From positions 242,980,001 to 243,044,000 of the forward strand of contig NC_086097.1 in assembly GCF_963921235.1 (NCBI RefSeq): a stretch of 64,000 nt of DNA. Direction: 5' to 3'. Positions within the stretch are counted from its first letter, which is position 1; every line of letters starts with the position of its first letter. The notes below the pieces were generated by a model. The model was not told the origin of the DNA. It searched no databases and saw nothing but the letters and a program-made list of their open reading frames with translations. Both the position numbers and the translations under genes were made by a program. Shown piece by piece: positions 50,212 to 62,466 of this stretch. This DNA is from Mobula hypostoma. Taxonomy: Eukaryota.

Positions 50212-52605
50212 AAAAGAATCATATTAAATAAGCAAGCACACAAAAAAGTGAGGTAGTGTTCTTCATTTCATTGTCGGTTCACTGAGTGGGTATCTTCAGG
50301 CTCCTGCAAAAAGGTTCAAAGGTTCATTTATCGTCAAGTGCACAACTCTGAAATTTTTCAATTCTCCAGGTAGTCATGAAACCAAGGAAGTGAAGAAAGG
50401 CAGCACGATCATCAACTCCCAAATCCCTCTTCCCACACAAAAACCAAACCAAAGGGCAGTTCGACCCCTAAACCCTCCTCCCACTATAGATTCCAAAAAA
50501 AAACCCAAGATGAGGTGGAAAAAAAACAGAATATAGAAACTATAAGACTGAAAAAAAAAAGTCTATAGTCCAAAATCCACATCCAAAATGCAGAAAAAAA
50601 CCTGGGCAATACTCTCCGGGTGCAGAGGCAGGCTCTCCCCTCCCTGGTACAGAGCAACTGATCAAAAGGCAAGCAGCCAGCATTCACCCCTCCGCACTCG
50701 CTTCAGTCTTCCTCGTCATTTTAATTGGCGAACAACGGGAGCTTTAGTTGGTTTGCGCCCCATCCTGCAGCCTGCCCACCACGAGGGTCACACATGCTGC
50801 CTCTGCCTCCTGGAATCCTCTTGGAGACAGCAGAGTGTTGGAATACCCAAACGATCTCCAAGCTTCTGTTCTCGCCCTGATATTTCAACCTCCCTCGTCG
50901 CTTTAATCGGCAAACAATGGAAGCAATAATAGGTGAAGTGGGGTCAAATATCAGCTCGCGTGCCACCCTGCATCCTTCTCACCACAAGGTTCGTTCGCAC
51001 TGTCTCTGCCTCCCAGAATCCTCTCTGAGACCGTAACTTCTCAATTTAATGATGGATGCTGCTTTTTGAAGATTTCCTCAATACTGGGGAGGCCATGACA
51101 GAGCTTGCTGAGTTTACAGCCCTCTGCAGCTTTTTCCCAATCCTGTGCACTGGAGCCACTACATCAGGTAGTGATACAACCAGTCAGAATGCTCTGTACA
51201 GTACATCTGTAGAAATTTACTGGAGTCTTTCGGTAGCACATTAAAACTCCTCAAAGTCCCAATGAACTATAGCAAAGTTCAAAGTAAATTTTATTATCAG
51301 AGTACATATACGTCACCACATACAACTCTGAGATTCATTTCTCTGCAGGCATACTTAGCAAATCTATAGAATAGTAACTATAACAGGATCAATGAAAGAT
51401 CAACCGGAATGAAGAAGACAACAAACTGCGCAAACGTAAATATAAATAAACAGCAATAAATAGTGAGAACATGAGATACTGAGATAGAGTCCTCGAAAGT
51501 GAGATCATTAGTTGTGGGAACATCTCAATGAAGGGGTAAGTGAAGTTGAGTGCAGTTGTTCAAGGGCCTGATGGTTGAGTGGTAGTAACTGTTCTTCAAC
51601 CCGGTAGTGCGAGTCCCAAGGCTCTTGTAACTCCTACCGGAAGGAGCTGAGAGAAAAGTGTATGGCCTGGACGGCAAGGATCTTTGATGATAGATACTGT
51701 TTTCCGATGAGAGTATTTCATGTAGATGTGCTCAATGGTTGGGAGGGCTTCATCTGACGTACTGGGCCAATCCACTACCTTCTGTAGGATTTTCCTTTCA
51801 AAAGGAATACCTGCTTTGTAATTGCATCAATATGTTAGGCCCAAGACAGACCTTCAGAGATGTTAACACTAGGAAGTTGCAACTTACTTTAAGTTTTAAA
51901 CAGTAGGATTGCCACATCTCATTTTAATCTTATTTTATTTGCTAATTTACATAACTATATAACATGAAGATCTATCACTTCATCATTAAAAAGTTCATTT
52001 ACATAGCCTCAGAGCACTTTACACAATATCTTAAATCATCATTGCCATCGGGAAGGTGGTACAGATGTCTCAGGACTCACACCACCAGATATTGCCCCTC
52101 AACCATTAGGCACTTGAACGAGAATGATAACTTCACTGAACTGTTCCCACAATCCATGAACTCACTTTCAAAGACTCTTCATCTCGTGTTCTCGATATTT
52201 ATTGCCCATTTCTTTTTATTCTTTTGTATTTGCATTTTGTCTTTTATACATTGTTTGTCCCTCTTGTTGGGTGTGGTCTTTCATTGATTCTATTCTGTTT
52301 CTTGGATTTACTGAGCATGCCTGCAAGAAAACGAAATCTCAGGGTTGTATATGGTGACATACATGTATTTTTGAACTTTAAATGATCCAAGGCAAGACAT
52401 GGCACTTACCCCAAGCCAAAAGAATTCTAAGATCAACTAAAGGAGTAGCCAATCAGGACTGAGGCAAGTGAATGGGGGCCTACATAAAGGCGAGCACTCC
52501 CAGAGGGAAATACCAACAACTGCGTACTGAGGATGTTGCCTAGACCGGTGATGAAATGTCTACAATTGCCAAGCTCATCAAACACTACAATATCAAACTT
52601 ACCCA

Positions 52606-52829
52606 GAGCAACACACACAAAATGCTGGAGGAGCTCAGCAGGCCAGGCAGCATCTATGGAAAAAAAGTACAGTCGACGTTTCGGGTCAGACCTACCAAAG
52701 GGGTTTCGGCCAGAAACATTGACTGTACCCTTTTCTCCCCCACAGATGCTGCCTGGCCTGCTGAGTTCCTCCAGCATTCTATGCGTGTTGCTTGAATTTC
52801 CAGCGTCTGCAGTTTTTCTCTTGTTTATG
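52606..52829. mobile_element. Penelope-derived fold-back mini-element
   Basis: ~80-bp inverted arms; degenerate TSD tcaaactt(a/gt)ccca. Confidence 0.75.
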
Positions 52830-53431
52830 GTCAAACTTGTCCCAACTAAAGACTCCTCAGCATCTGAGGCACAAACCAAGCCCAGGAATAGATTCTTGTT
52901 GTTTGTGAAAGGACTGTAGAAACCACACAGACTTCACAAATACAGGGATTCATTTGAACCACACCCCTATGACATCAACAGCTGGGGCACTGTGAATGCA
53001 GAACACACTGCAGCAACTGATCACGGTTACTTCACCAGAACACTTCCCTGTTGCTACTCATTACCACAAACAGCAGCAAGAATTTGTTGGAACAGGTTCA
53101 CTACAAGCTACACCATCCAGATGATAGGCCAAAAGACACGGAAGCAGGATTAGGTCATGTGGCCCATTGCGTTTTCTCCACCATTTTATCACTGCTGATT
53201 TATGTTCCCTCAAAACCCATTCTCCTGCCTTCTCCCCATAAATGTTGATGCACTGACCAATCAAGAACCAATCAACCTCCGCTATAAACATACCCAGATG
53301 TTGATAGTTCGTCTTTTACGCAAGTGGTCCAGCTGATGGTAGAAGTCCCTGTTATGAAAATAAAGTTAGGAGCCCATTTTACTGGGTTCCTTATGTTACA
53401 CCCACGCATAACCACAAAGATCGCTCAAAGA

Positions 53432-53700
53432 TAAAGATTAGCTTTATGTCACATGTGCATCAAAACATACAGTGTATCATTCTGTGTCAATGACCACAGT
53501 CCGAGGACGTGCTGGGAAGAACCCGCAGGTGTGCCAGGGGCATGTGCCAACATAGCATGCCCACAACTCACTAACCCTAACCATATGTCCTTGGACTGTG
53601 GGAGGAAACCAGAGCACCCGGAAGATACCCATGTGATCATGGAGAGAACGTGCAAACTCCTTACAGACAGTGGCGGAACGGCGCACCAGGGGTTACCTTG
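53432..53700 (-). mobile_element. V-SINE-like SINE with alternative (non-CR1) 3' tail
   Basis: V-domain-like core followed on the minus strand by gcatgctatgttggc...gtgacataaagctaatctt. Confidence 0.65.
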
Positions 53701-54136
53701 TCACATTGCCATGCAAAAACAAGTTTAAAAAAAGTGCACTAACTTTAGTAGCAGATGCCGCAGCTATAAAAATATCTTTAAAACATGACCAACAACCAGT
53801 TAGTCCACACTGTAACAGTATAAAAGGAATCCTGGACAGAACTCCTTGTTCTTCAAATATTGAAAGTGAATTTCTAACATCCACATTGGCCTCAGTTCTG
53901 TTGTGTAGACATGACTGTTCCAATGCTTTCTGACTGACCCCATTGTTCCAACAGACAATACACCACTAATTTTGTATGAAATACATTGGAAAGTCAAAAC
54001 AAAAAAGTGAAAAAATAACTCAAGCACACACAAAATGCTGAAGGAACTCAGCAGGCCGCCAGGCAGCATCTATGGAAAAGAGTACAGTCGTCATTTCAAG
54101 CTGAAACCCTTCAGCTGGCCCCAAACATTGACTGTA

Positions 54137-55469
54137 CAGGTTTCCCCCCGCTATCCGAAGGTGGAGCGTTCCTATGAAACGGTTCGTAAGCTGGAATGTC
54201 GTAAATTGAATAAGCAATTACGATTAATATGGAAAAAATTTTCGAGCGTTCCCAGACCCAAAAAATAACCTACAAAATCATGCCAAATAACACAAAACTT
54301 AAAATAACAGTAACATATAGTAAAAGCAGGAATGATATGATAAATACACAGCCTATATAAAGTAGAAATACTTTTCTGCAGCACGTCTAGCGCAGCGAAA
54401 ATCTCGCAGTAGCACTCTCGGCGGAAGCGCTCTCAGCAGAAACACTCTGTCCAGTAAACTTTAAGCTATGAAGCTGCCAAATCATCCCAAATAACACATA
54501 AAAATACACAGCCTATATAAAGTAGAAATAATGTATGTACAGTGTAGTTTCACTTACCGGAATCGGGAAGACGCTAATAAATTGCAGTTTCGTCACAGTT
54601 AAACACTTGCTTATACGAATAACCACCTTCTGTATTTATTTTCTTCAGTTCTGCTGGGAACTTCTCGGCAGCTTCAGCATCAGCGGAAGCACTCTCTCCG
54701 GTAAACGTTAAACTATGAAGCTGCCCTCACCTCAGAAACTGATCAAACCACTCATGACTACCTTTAAATTCCACTTTCGCAACACTTTCATCACCATTGT
54801 CCAGTGCTTTCTGTTACAGCTCATTAAAAAGACTGACCGATTTCTCCTTAAGTATAAGAAAACTTAACGGAACACGACGTTTTTTACACCCATCAATCCA
54901 CTCAAGCAATAGACTTTCCATTTTATCCATTATGGGATGCCGACTAAGAGAGACGACTTTGCTACAAGCAGAACCAACAGTAACATTGGCAGCTTTCAAA
55001 ATTCTTTCTCTCTGCATATAACTAGTGCGAATGGTGGACGCAGGCAAGTTCAACGCACGGACAATGTCCTTACTTCGTTCACCACGATCGAAACGCTTAA
55101 TTATGTCTAGTTTTACGCTAAGTGTAACACCCTTACGAGGTTCTTTTAGGCTTTTCCAATACCTTAGAACTCATCTTGCTAACGGATACACAAAATTAAA
55201 TCGAGATAAAGCACTTGTTTAAGCAATGGCGGCTAGAATGCAGTTCCGGGGGAGGAACTTGGCTGTTCGGATGCGCGCTGCCTTTTTCATAACAGTGAAA
55301 ACACCTTATTACTATTTATTATTTATGATGCAACTGTAATGAAAACCAATTTCCCCCGGGATCAATAAAGTATGACTATGACTATGTTAGCGAAAACAGG
55401 GAAGTAATGTAGGTCTCTCGTAACAGCGAGGTGTCGTAAAGCGAACGTTCGGAAAATGGGGGCCACCTG
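54137..55469 (-). mobile_element. Tigger/pogo DNA transposon, internally deleted
   Basis: TA TSDs and imperfect TIRs CAGGT..CCCC...TCCGAA. Minus strand gives RKGVTLSVKLDIIKRFDRG...LPASTIRT...MESLLLEWI...GESASADAEAA...QVFNCDET (CENP-B HTH plus first catalytic D). It splits a Penelope fold-back element. Confidence 0.88.
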
Positions 55470-58379
55470 TACTCTTTTCCATAGATGCTGCCTGGCCTGC
55501 TGAGTTCCTCCAGCACTGTGTGCGCATTGCTTAGATCTGCAGATTTGCTCTAGATTGTGATTGAGAAAACAACTCAGTTCAGACAGCATAGGGGAGTGAA
55601 AAGAAAATTTAACAATTTTTTGTCAAAGATCTTTCAAATTATGAAAGATGAAAACTCTTCATCAGCTCTTTCTCAGACACCTCTCTCTCCAACTAGCCTG
55701 ATCCATTTTGATTTTTAAATGTGTTTATTACTAATAAATAACTAATTAATATCAATATTTATATTAAAACAAGATTTAAATAATTGTTTATTGAGAACAG
55801 TACAGTAACAGGCCATAATGAGCTTATTCTGCCCAATTACACCATGTGACCAATCTACCCACTGATCAGTGCATCTCAGGACTGTGGGAGGAAACTGGAG
55901 CAGCTGGGGAAAGCCCACATGGCAAACGTACAAACTCCTTACAGGTAGCAATGCAAATGGAACCAGGGTCACTGGCTCTTAATAGCTTCACACTATGGTG
56001 CTGCCCACCACCCCGACTAAACCCATTTGCCCCCTAGATTTAGCACTTCTGGTCACATGCACAAATATCTGGCTGATCTGGAAATCTCCCTACCATTTGT
56101 TTATCTTTCAGTCCACTTCCTTTACAAGCTACCAAAAAAAAAGCACAACACTGAATGCACAATTAAAAGCACTTGTCTTTTCATTTTATGGAGACAAGAA
56201 TAACACCATTGACTCGGAACTGAGGCTGGGAGGTGCCTCTATTTCTTTACGAGTCTAAGGAGATCCGGCATGGCATCTAAAACTTTGACAAACTTCTATA
56301 GCTGTGTGGTGGAGAGAATATTGACATGAAATGCTGTCATAGGAAAGCAGCACCCATCAGAGATCCCCACCACCCAGGTCATGCTCTTTTCTCGCTGCTG
56401 TCATCAGGTAGAAGGTACAAGAGCCTTAAGACTGGCACCACCAGGTTCTGCAGTAGTTACTAACCCTCAACCATCAGGCTCTTGAACAAAAGGGGGTAAC
56501 TACACTCACTTGCCCCCTCATTGAGATGGTCCCACAAGCAATGATCTCACTTTAAGGACTCTTTATCTTGTTATTTCATGTTCTCATTATTTATATTTGC
56601 ATTTGCACAGATTTTGTTGTCTTCTACACTGGTTGATCTTTCACTGATCCTGTTATTGTTCTATAGATTTGCTGAGTATGCCAACAAGAAAAAGAATCTC
56701 AGGGTTGGGACTTAGAGGTACTTCGATAACAAGTTTACTTTGACTTTGTAGCTCGATCTCATTCTACACTGCAAGACTAGAGGTGGCCCACAACCCTTGT
56801 ACTCACTTTTTTTTTGATGTGGTGTGGCGGGGTTGGAAGGAGATATGATGGTAAAGGAGGGGGTGTACAGTAGATAATTAAGGTTTATATTATTGCTTTG
56901 TTGACATTTTCCAAAACAGCACAGAATGATAGGCTCCCTGTAAATGAATGGAGATGGAAGAGACTTCAGAACCTGGAATTATACACAAAATGCTGGAGGA
57001 ACTCAACAGAACCTCTGTTAGCTGGCTCTGGGCCTGTACTCACTGGACTTTAGAAGAATGCCTGCTGCTCTCTGCAAGGAGTTTATACGTTCTCTCTGTG
57101 ACCGCGTGGGTTTCCTCCCACAGTCCAAAGACACACCGGTTGGTAGACCCAATGGTCATTGTAAATTGTCCTGTGATTAGCCTAGGATTAAATCAGAGCG
57201 GCGTAGTGCGAAGGACTGGAAGGGCCTATTTTGCAATGTATTTCAATAAAAATGAGTGAGGATCTCACTGAAACCCATCCAACAATGAAAGGCCTAGTTA
57301 GAGTAGATATGGACAGGATGTTTCCAATAGTAGAGGCTTGTAGGACCAGAGGGCACAATCTCAGAATAGAAGGACATCCCTTTAGAACGGAGGTGAGGAG
57401 GACTGTATTTGGCCAGAGGGTGGTCAATCTGTGGAATTCATTGCCACGGATGGCTGTGGATGCCAAGTCATTGGTTGTATTTAACTAGTTATAGTCATAC
57501 TTCATTGATCCTGGGGGAAATTGGTTAAAGCGAAGGTTGATAGGTTTTTGTTAGTAAAGGCGTCAGCGGTTACAGTGAAAAGCAGGAGAATGGAGATGAG
57601 AGAGATAATAAATCAGCCATAATCGAACAGTCTCGATGGGCCAAAGGGCTTAGTTCGCTCCATGTCTTATGGTCTTAGGCTAGACTTGTATGGAAGGAAA
57701 TGACCAGTCTGCATTTCAGGCCAAGACCTCTTATCTCATGCAGGGCCTTGATACAAAATGTCAACTGCCCTTTTCCTTCCACAGATGCCGTCTGACTTGC
57801 TGAGTTCCTCCAGCACAGTTTCCTATATCTTAAAATACGGTGTGGGAAATTACTCTTGAAATATATTTGGCTTCTCTTGCATAGCTAGAGATTAGTCATC
57901 AAGTTTTAACAAGGCAAATTCGCCAGTATAAAAATTAAACACGTAAATTATTTAAAGACTGTAGGGGGTTTTTCCAGTTACTCTTAAAGGAATACTGTGA
58001 GAAATCTCAAATGATTTATGGACACTTTCAAATCAACGTTATAAACATGCAGCACGCCGCCTCCCCCCCCCCACCCCAAATGTTAAAGAGAGGTTGTCAA
58101 TGAATACCGGACTAGCCCATAATATATATATTTTTTAAATCACATCTATGCATTGCTTAAAATAACATCGAAAATTCACCACACTATCGTGGAAATCTGG
58201 CAAACACGCTGTCAAATTAATTTTTCTTTAAACATACCATGCATTTTTTGATGACATTTCTGCCACTTGACTCGACAGTGACGGTGGCCTCAGATAGTTT
58301 ACTGAAACTGTCGTGAATTTACAGCGGTTTTGCTTCCAGAAATAAATCTAGGTCAGCCTCCCTCTAAAACAACAACCCT

Positions 58380-59090
58380 AAAGCACATACTGTACACACT
58401 TCTGCAGAAACACGTCGCTAACCCCTCTCGATGCGAATGGGGATCGCATGAATGGGCAAAACAGGCAGCTGCTTTCTCCTGCCGAGGTCAAATAAACCCC
58501 ATCTTCTTTTAATTTCCCGCAAGATAATGCGATCAAAGCTCACCTTCAACAGCCATTATATCAAGCGGCTCCTTAACTCGAGCATTATTCCTTCGGCGAG
58601 AGCGTGAGTTGAGCAACTCTTCCGGAACACAGGCTGGACTTTCGCATCGGTCGTCACTCAGGTCCGACCAGGTTCAGCGCAACCTGCACCAGCCGGCCGG
58701 CGGCGCGCATGCCCGCCGTGCCCGCGCGGAGCCCCGGGACTTGTAGTGCGGAGCGGCTGCCATCGCTGCCCGCTTGACTGCGGCGGCAGTCCGAGGGTGC
58801 CGCGGGCTCTGGTGGCGCAGCCTGCTCCCGAACCGTGTGAAATAAAACACCGCAAAGCCGCGCCACAAGTGTGCAAACGCTCTCCCCCCAACCTCGCAGA
58901 GATAAAACTCTAATCCCCGGGGTGCTTTGTACTAGAAGCAGGTTGCTAAGGCTTGAAGGGTGGTTCAGCAAGTGATCGTCTTTGACAATTTCACCAGCCA
59001 ATTGCGGTCTGATTATTTTAAGCATTTTATATTGCCAGCAATGACGTGATCGATTTGCAGATAGCGGCCGTGAAACCGACCAATACATCT
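58380..59090 (-). promoter_or_regulatory. SAMD12: CpG island / SAMD12 promoter and 5' UTR
   Basis: The only large non-repeat CpG-dense block in the window. It contains exon 1, CCAAT motifs (~58998, ~59080) and TGACGTG (59042-59048). Confidence 0.8.
58544..58556 (-). CDS. SAMD12: SAMD12 coding exon 1 (13 nt, MAVE plus 1 nt)
   Basis: ATA-ATG-G Kozak context, ATGGCTGTTGAAG|gtgagc donor; phase 1 matches the exon at 305-480. Confidence 0.85.
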
Positions 59091-59267
59091 TCAGAGTAAA
59101 TCTTATTTCCTAAAGCAAGGGGACCTGGGTTCAATTCTCTGCAATTAATTTCATGAAATTCGGTTTTAAATTGACATTATGTTGACAATGCTTAAGAAGT
59201 AATTCCTTTAAAACAGAAGGCATCCTTATCACTGGGAGAGAAGTCTAACAGATTACGTCATTTAACA

Positions 59268-59269
59268 AA

Positions 59270-59305
<36 letters not shown>

Positions 59306-59602
59306 ACAAACATACAGACAGAAAAACACACAGACATGCACATACACACATACACATACTGACACACACAGACAGACAAACATACAGGCACACACACACG
59401 GACACACATACAGATACACACACAAACATATAAACATACACACATAGTGACACACACAGCACACATACACATTCACATACAAACACACACACAGACATGC
59501 ACACACACAAACACGCACATACAGACAAGCACACACACATATAAATAGACATGAACATACACAGGAACATGCAGACACACACATAAAAACACAAACTTAA
59601 AA

Positions 59603-59648
<46 letters not shown>

Positions 59649-59675
59649 ACACAAACACACACATAATCATACATA
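59268..59675. repeat. Degenerate (CA)n microsatellite tract
   Basis: Direct reading. Confidence 0.95.
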
Positions 59676-60772
59676 GACTCAAGGAAATCTGCAGATGTTG
59701 GAATTCCAAGCAACACACATAAAAGTTGCTGTTGAACGCAGCAGGCCAGGCAGCATCTATTGGAAGCGGTACAGTCGACGTTTCGGGCCGAGACCCTTCG
59801 TCAGGGCTAACTGAAAGAGGAGATAGTAAGAGATTTGAAAGTGGGAGGGGGAGGGGGAGATTCGAAATGATAGGAGAAGACAGGAGGGGGAGGGATAGAG
59901 CCAAGAGCTGGAAAGTTAATCGGCAAAAGGGATACAAAGCTGGAGAAGGGAGAGGATCATGGGATGCGAAGCCTGGGGAGAGAGAGAAGGGGGGAGGGGA
60001 GCCCGGAGGGTGGACAGCAGACAAGGCGTTATAGTGAGAGGGACGGAGGGAGAAAAAAGAGAAAAAAATAGGGGAAAATATATACATAAAAAAACAAATA
60101 AGGGATGGGATGTGAAGGGGAGGAGGTGCATTAACGGAAGTTTGAGAAGTCAATGTTCATGCCATCAGGTTGGAGGCTACCCGGACGGAATATAAGGTGT
60201 TGTTCCTCCAACCTGAGTGTGGCTTCATCTTTACTGTAGACATATCAGAATGGGAATGGGATGTGGAATTAAAATATGTGGCCACTGGGAGATCCTGCTT
60301 TCTCTGGCGGACAGAGCATAGGTGTTCAGCGAAAAGATCTCCCAGCCTGTGTCGGCTCTCACCAATATATATAAGGCCACACTGGGAGCACCGGATGCAG
60401 TATATCACCCCAGCCGACTCACAGGTGAAGTGTCGCCTCACCTGGAAGGACTGTTTGGGGCCCTGAATGGTGGTGAAGGAGGAAGTGTCTACCATTTATT
60501 CCTTGCCTGCTCTCCATCCTCCAGGCTCCTCTCCCCGCTTCTCTTTCTCCCCAGGCTTCTCATCCCATGATCCTCTCCCTTCTCCAGCTCTTAGATCAAC
60601 CCCTCTCCTCCTGTCTTCTATCATTTCGGATCCCCCTCCCCCTCCCACTTTCAAATCTCTTACTATCTCTTCTTTCAGTTAGTCCTGACGAAGGGTCCCG
60701 GCCCGAAATGTCAACTGTACCCCTTCCTATAGATGCTGCCTGGCCTGCTGCATTCTACCAGTAATTTTTGTG
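59676..60772 (-). mobile_element. Penelope-like element with inverted terminal repeat
   Basis: GIY-YIG (FTCESAGVIYCIRCSQCGLIYIGES) on minus. Hammerhead motifs at 59773-59808 (-) and 60681-60716 (+). 14-bp TSD CATAATCATACATA. Confidence 0.9.
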
Positions 60773-60786
60773 CATAATCATACATA

Positions 60787-61188
60787 TATAGAATACATAG
60801 AATAGTACAGCGCAGTACAGGCCCTTTGGCCCACAATGTCGTGCTGACCCTTAAGCCCTGCCTCCCATATAACCCCCCACCTTAAATTCCTCCATATACC
60901 TGTCTAATAGTCTCTTAAATTTCACTAATGTATCTGCCTCCACCACTGACTCAGGCAGTGTATTCCACGCACCAACCACTCTCTGAGTAAAAAACCTTTC
61001 TCTAATATCCCCCTTGAACTTCCCACCCCTTACCTTAAAGCCATGTCCTCTTGTATTGAGCAGTGGTGCCCTGGGGAAGAGGTGCTGGCTATCCACTCTA
61101 TCTATTCCTCTTATTATCTTGTACACCTCTATCATGTCTCCTTTCATCCTCCTTCTCTCCAAAGAGTAAAGCTCCCTTAATCTCTGAT
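60787..61188 (-). mobile_element. CR1 3' fragment
   Basis: YSLERRRMKGDMIEVYKIIRG...TRGHGFK...FFTQRVVGAWN, plus tail. Confidence 0.88.
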
Positions 61189-61254
61189 CATAATCATACA
61201 TACATAAACACACAAACACACACCATTGCAAGCAGGCACATACACAAATACACT

Positions 61255-61293
<39 letters not shown>

Positions 61294-61813
61294 GCAGACA
61301 CACCTAGACACATACAAACACACACATGCACATAAACACACTCACACAAACAGGCACACATAAACACACACACACACACACAAAACAGACATACATTCAT
61401 ATGCATATATATGCACACACAAACATACACACTCACAATAGATACAAACACACACATACACACAAACACATATACAGAAATGCACACACACAAACACACA
61501 CATATACACATACACACCCACACACAAACACACTCACAAACAGACACACACACACAAACACACTCACAAACATACAAGCAGGCATATACATAAGTACACT
61601 GATATATGCATACACACACACACACTCACAAACACACCTAGACACATACAAAGACACACATGCACATAATCATACACACATACATAAATACAGTCACACA
61701 CACACACACACACACAGAAATGTGCTTACACAAACACACAGAGACACAGACAAACACATACAGACAGGCAGACACACACGCATATACACACACACACAGA
61801 CACAAACATACAG

Positions 61814-61852
<39 letters not shown>

Positions 61853-61895
61853 TAAACAGACAAGCATACACACACCAACACATAAACACACACAC
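61189..61895. repeat. Degenerate (CA)n microsatellite tract
   Basis: Direct reading. Confidence 0.95.
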
Positions 61896-62466
61896 AATAG
61901 CTCAGCATTTAATACCATCATTAGTTGTACCATGGAGAGCATTCTGACAGGCTGCATCACTGTCTGGTATGGAGGGGCTACTGCACAGGACAGAAAGAAA
62001 CTGCAGAGGGTTGTAAATCTAGTCAGCTCCATCTTGGGTACTAGCCTACAAAGTACCCAAGACATCTTCAGGGAGCAGTGTCTCAGAAAGGCAGCATCCA
62101 TTATTAAGGACCTCCAGCACCCAGGGCATGCCCTTTTCTCACTGTTACCATCAGGTAGGAGATACAGAAGCCTGATGGCACACACTCAGCGATTCAGGAA
62201 CAGCCTCTTTCCCTCTGTCATCCGATTCCTAAATGGACATTGAATCCTTGGACACTACCTCACTTTTTTAATATATATTATTTCTGTTTTTTTGCATGAT
62301 TTTTAATCTATTCAATATATGTATACTGTAATTGATTTACTTATTTATTTATTATTATTATTTTTTCCCTTCTAGATTATGTATTGTATTGAACTGCTGC
62401 TGCTAAGTTAACAAATTTCACGTCACATGCCAGTGATAATAAACTTGATTCTGATTCTGATTCTGA
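61895..62466 (+). mobile_element. Rex1/Babar 3' fragment, same subfamily as 12746-15790
   Basis: ESILTGCITVWYG...HPGHALFSLLPSGRRYRS and a (ctgatt)n tail. Confidence 0.88.

Noticed and set aside
58544..58556. CD63 or SYT14 as the gene starting MAVE
   Set aside because: No matching downstream exons were found; the exon at 305-480 fits SAMD12 in phase, length and sequence.
59245..62243. Long Cys/Val- or His/Thr-rich ORFs
   Set aside because: Translation artefacts of (CA)n tracts, partly fused to CR1 or Rex1 fragments.
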